From positions 1-6,990 of the forward strand of contig NW_021829134.1 in the NCBI RefSeq assembly GCF_006345805.1: a DNA stretch of 6,990 nt, in the 5' to 3' direction. The position numbers and the translations under genes are program-made. Positions within the stretch are counted from its first letter, which is position 1. The number at the start of each line of letters is the position of its first letter. Positions 6,004 to 6,990 of the stretch are shown here, one piece after another. The notes under the pieces were generated by a model. The model did no database searches. It saw only the letters and a program-made list of their open reading frames with translations, and was not told where the DNA came from. The stretch is from Octopus sinensis (taxonomy: Eukaryota).

Positions 6004-6409
6004 TGTTAGCTGCCGTTATCCACGCGACACCACGCCTAGCTATATCGCCACTGTGCCACCAGGCCAAACAATACTAGACTCCCACCACCACCACCAACAC
6101 CACCACCACCACTAACAACAACAACATCTCCACCATCACCACCACCACCACCACTTCAACACTATTTCACACTGCGCGCTCTCATTCTATATAATACCAG
6201 GCTGCTCCATATTCAAGCCCGTTACACCACGGTACACTGCACCACATCAGCCCACATCATACTGGACCACATTATGCTGTGCTCGTCGCTTTATGCGGTG
6301 CTCATCATCGCCATATAGCCTCTGCGTTTACAGCGCGTTGTTGAGACTTCAGTGGAAGACGTCCCAATAAAACGCGGCTTCGTTCATCAGCGTTTATTTT
6401 GCTCAAACA
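6004..6409 (+). mobile_element. Candidate solo LTR (~406 bp) of an LTR retrotransposon
   Basis: TGTT...AACA termini, TATATAA at 6188-94, AATAAA at 6366-71 (~40 bp before the end), GC-richer than its flanks. TSD is imperfect (ATTT/TTTT). No PBS or PPT seen. Confidence 0.4.
6082..6154 (+). repeat. (CCA)n/(ACA)n trinucleotide repeat inside the candidate LTR
   Basis: Read directly. Confidence 0.9.
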
Positions 6410-6640
6410 TTTTCATATTGTTTTCTTAGCAAAGATAATGGGGTGGTTTACCGTTGCCATTCCCGCAACTGGAACAGCTATTGGCCCACGAGGAGATCAA
6501 GCGGACACCGTGTTCACAAGAATAGCAAACTAATCGAGTGGTGGTGAGGGGGGCCATTTTTGTCATGGACCCCCCCCCCTCACAGCCATGGAACAGGTAC
6601 TAGTGGTCGTCTAGTAAAATTGTTAAAACAGCCGGGGGTT

Positions 6641-6732
6641 GTAGTAAAAGACTCTTGCTCAAAGTGGAACTGAACCCGGAACCGTATTGCTAGGAAGGAA
6701 AAACCTCTTGTCTCACTGCCACGTTTGCATCT
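6641..6732 (-). mobile_element. 5' (tRNA head) fragment of the same SINE family as 1414-1565
   Basis: GTAGTAAAAGACTCTTGCTCAAAGTGGAACTGAACCCGGAACC...CACTGCCACGTTTGCATCT parallels TTGCCCAAGGTGCC...GACTGGACCCGGG...CACAGCTATACCTG at 1478-1560. Confidence 0.6.
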
Positions 6733-6747
6733 ATATATATATATATA

Positions 6748-6990
6748 CTAGCAGTATCACCCGGCGTTGCTCGGGTTTGTAAGGGAAATAACTATAAAGC
6801 ATTTTTAGAGAGTTATAGCCAAAAAATAGAAAAAAATGGAAAAAAAATGATGGTAAATTTTTTTTTGAGAGTTAAAAAAGGTCGAGTTGCGTCCCCTAGA
6901 CAGTTTGTGGTTTGTGTTTCTGATTCTCGACCCCATGTCGAATTTATCGATTTTTTCAGAACTGGGGGAACTTTTCAAAATTTACGCTGC
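6748..6990 (-). mobile_element. 3' end of a non-autonomous Helitron running off the right edge of the window
   Basis: The minus strand ends ...ACCCGAGCAACGCCGGGT-GATACTG-CTAG|T: a GC-rich hairpin (6759-6776) 7 nt before a terminal CTAG (6751-6748), followed by T. This is the canonical Helitron 3' signature, here inserted in a (TA)n tract. Confidence 0.75.

Noticed and set aside
6384-6390. CTGATGA on the minus strand, a hammerhead core or snoRNA box-like motif
   Set aside because: No stem II followed by GAAA downstream, and no stem I/III; it lies in the loop of the AATAAA hairpin.
6441-6465. GTGGTTTACCGTTGCCATTCCC, resembling the 3' tail of RTE-type LINEs/SINEs
   Set aside because: Only ~22 nt of imperfect similarity from memory, with no supporting flanks.
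6544-6583. GC-rich hairpin GTGAGGGGGG-CCAT...ATGG-A-C10-TCAC, terminator-like or G4-like
   Set aside because: Driven mainly by G/C homopolymers; eukaryotic context, no U-tract, and no element boundaries identifiable.
1-6990. CRISPR array, rRNA, prokaryotic operon or spliced host exon
   Set aside because: No regularly spaced direct repeats with unique spacers, no rRNA similarity, and no convincing coding exon in the non-repetitive stretches (e.g. 590-1110, 4790-5040, 5700-6000). Short exons cannot be excluded without transcript data.

Overview
Eukaryotic, non-coding, repeat-saturated DNA with no intact protein-coding gene. It is a mosaic of (TA)n/(CA)n/(GATA)n microsatellites and at least six kinds of mobile-element relic: tRNA-derived SINEs of 3-4 families, a dead DD37D/maT-type Tc1/mariner transposase 3' end, a hAT-like MITE, a probable solo LTR, a Helitron 3' end and Penelope-type hammerhead repeats. 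The SINE families and microsatellite density look like an Octopus (coleoid cephalopod) genome; this is recognised from memory, not from a search. The most notable structure is a ~347-bp near-perfect palindrome (1709-2055). Each arm carries a complete minimal type I hammerhead ribozyme (CUGACGA / stem II / GAAA / palindromic stem III / GUA cleavage site), one per strand, pointing away from the centre. A degenerate third hammerhead motif of a different family lies at ~4691-4717. Two more inverted repeats (a ~96%-identical tail-to-tail SINE pair at 3590-4546 and a fold-back at ~5082-5377) make 1.7-5.4 kb a potential dsRNA-rich stretch. All supplied ORFs except the transposase relic are judged spurious.
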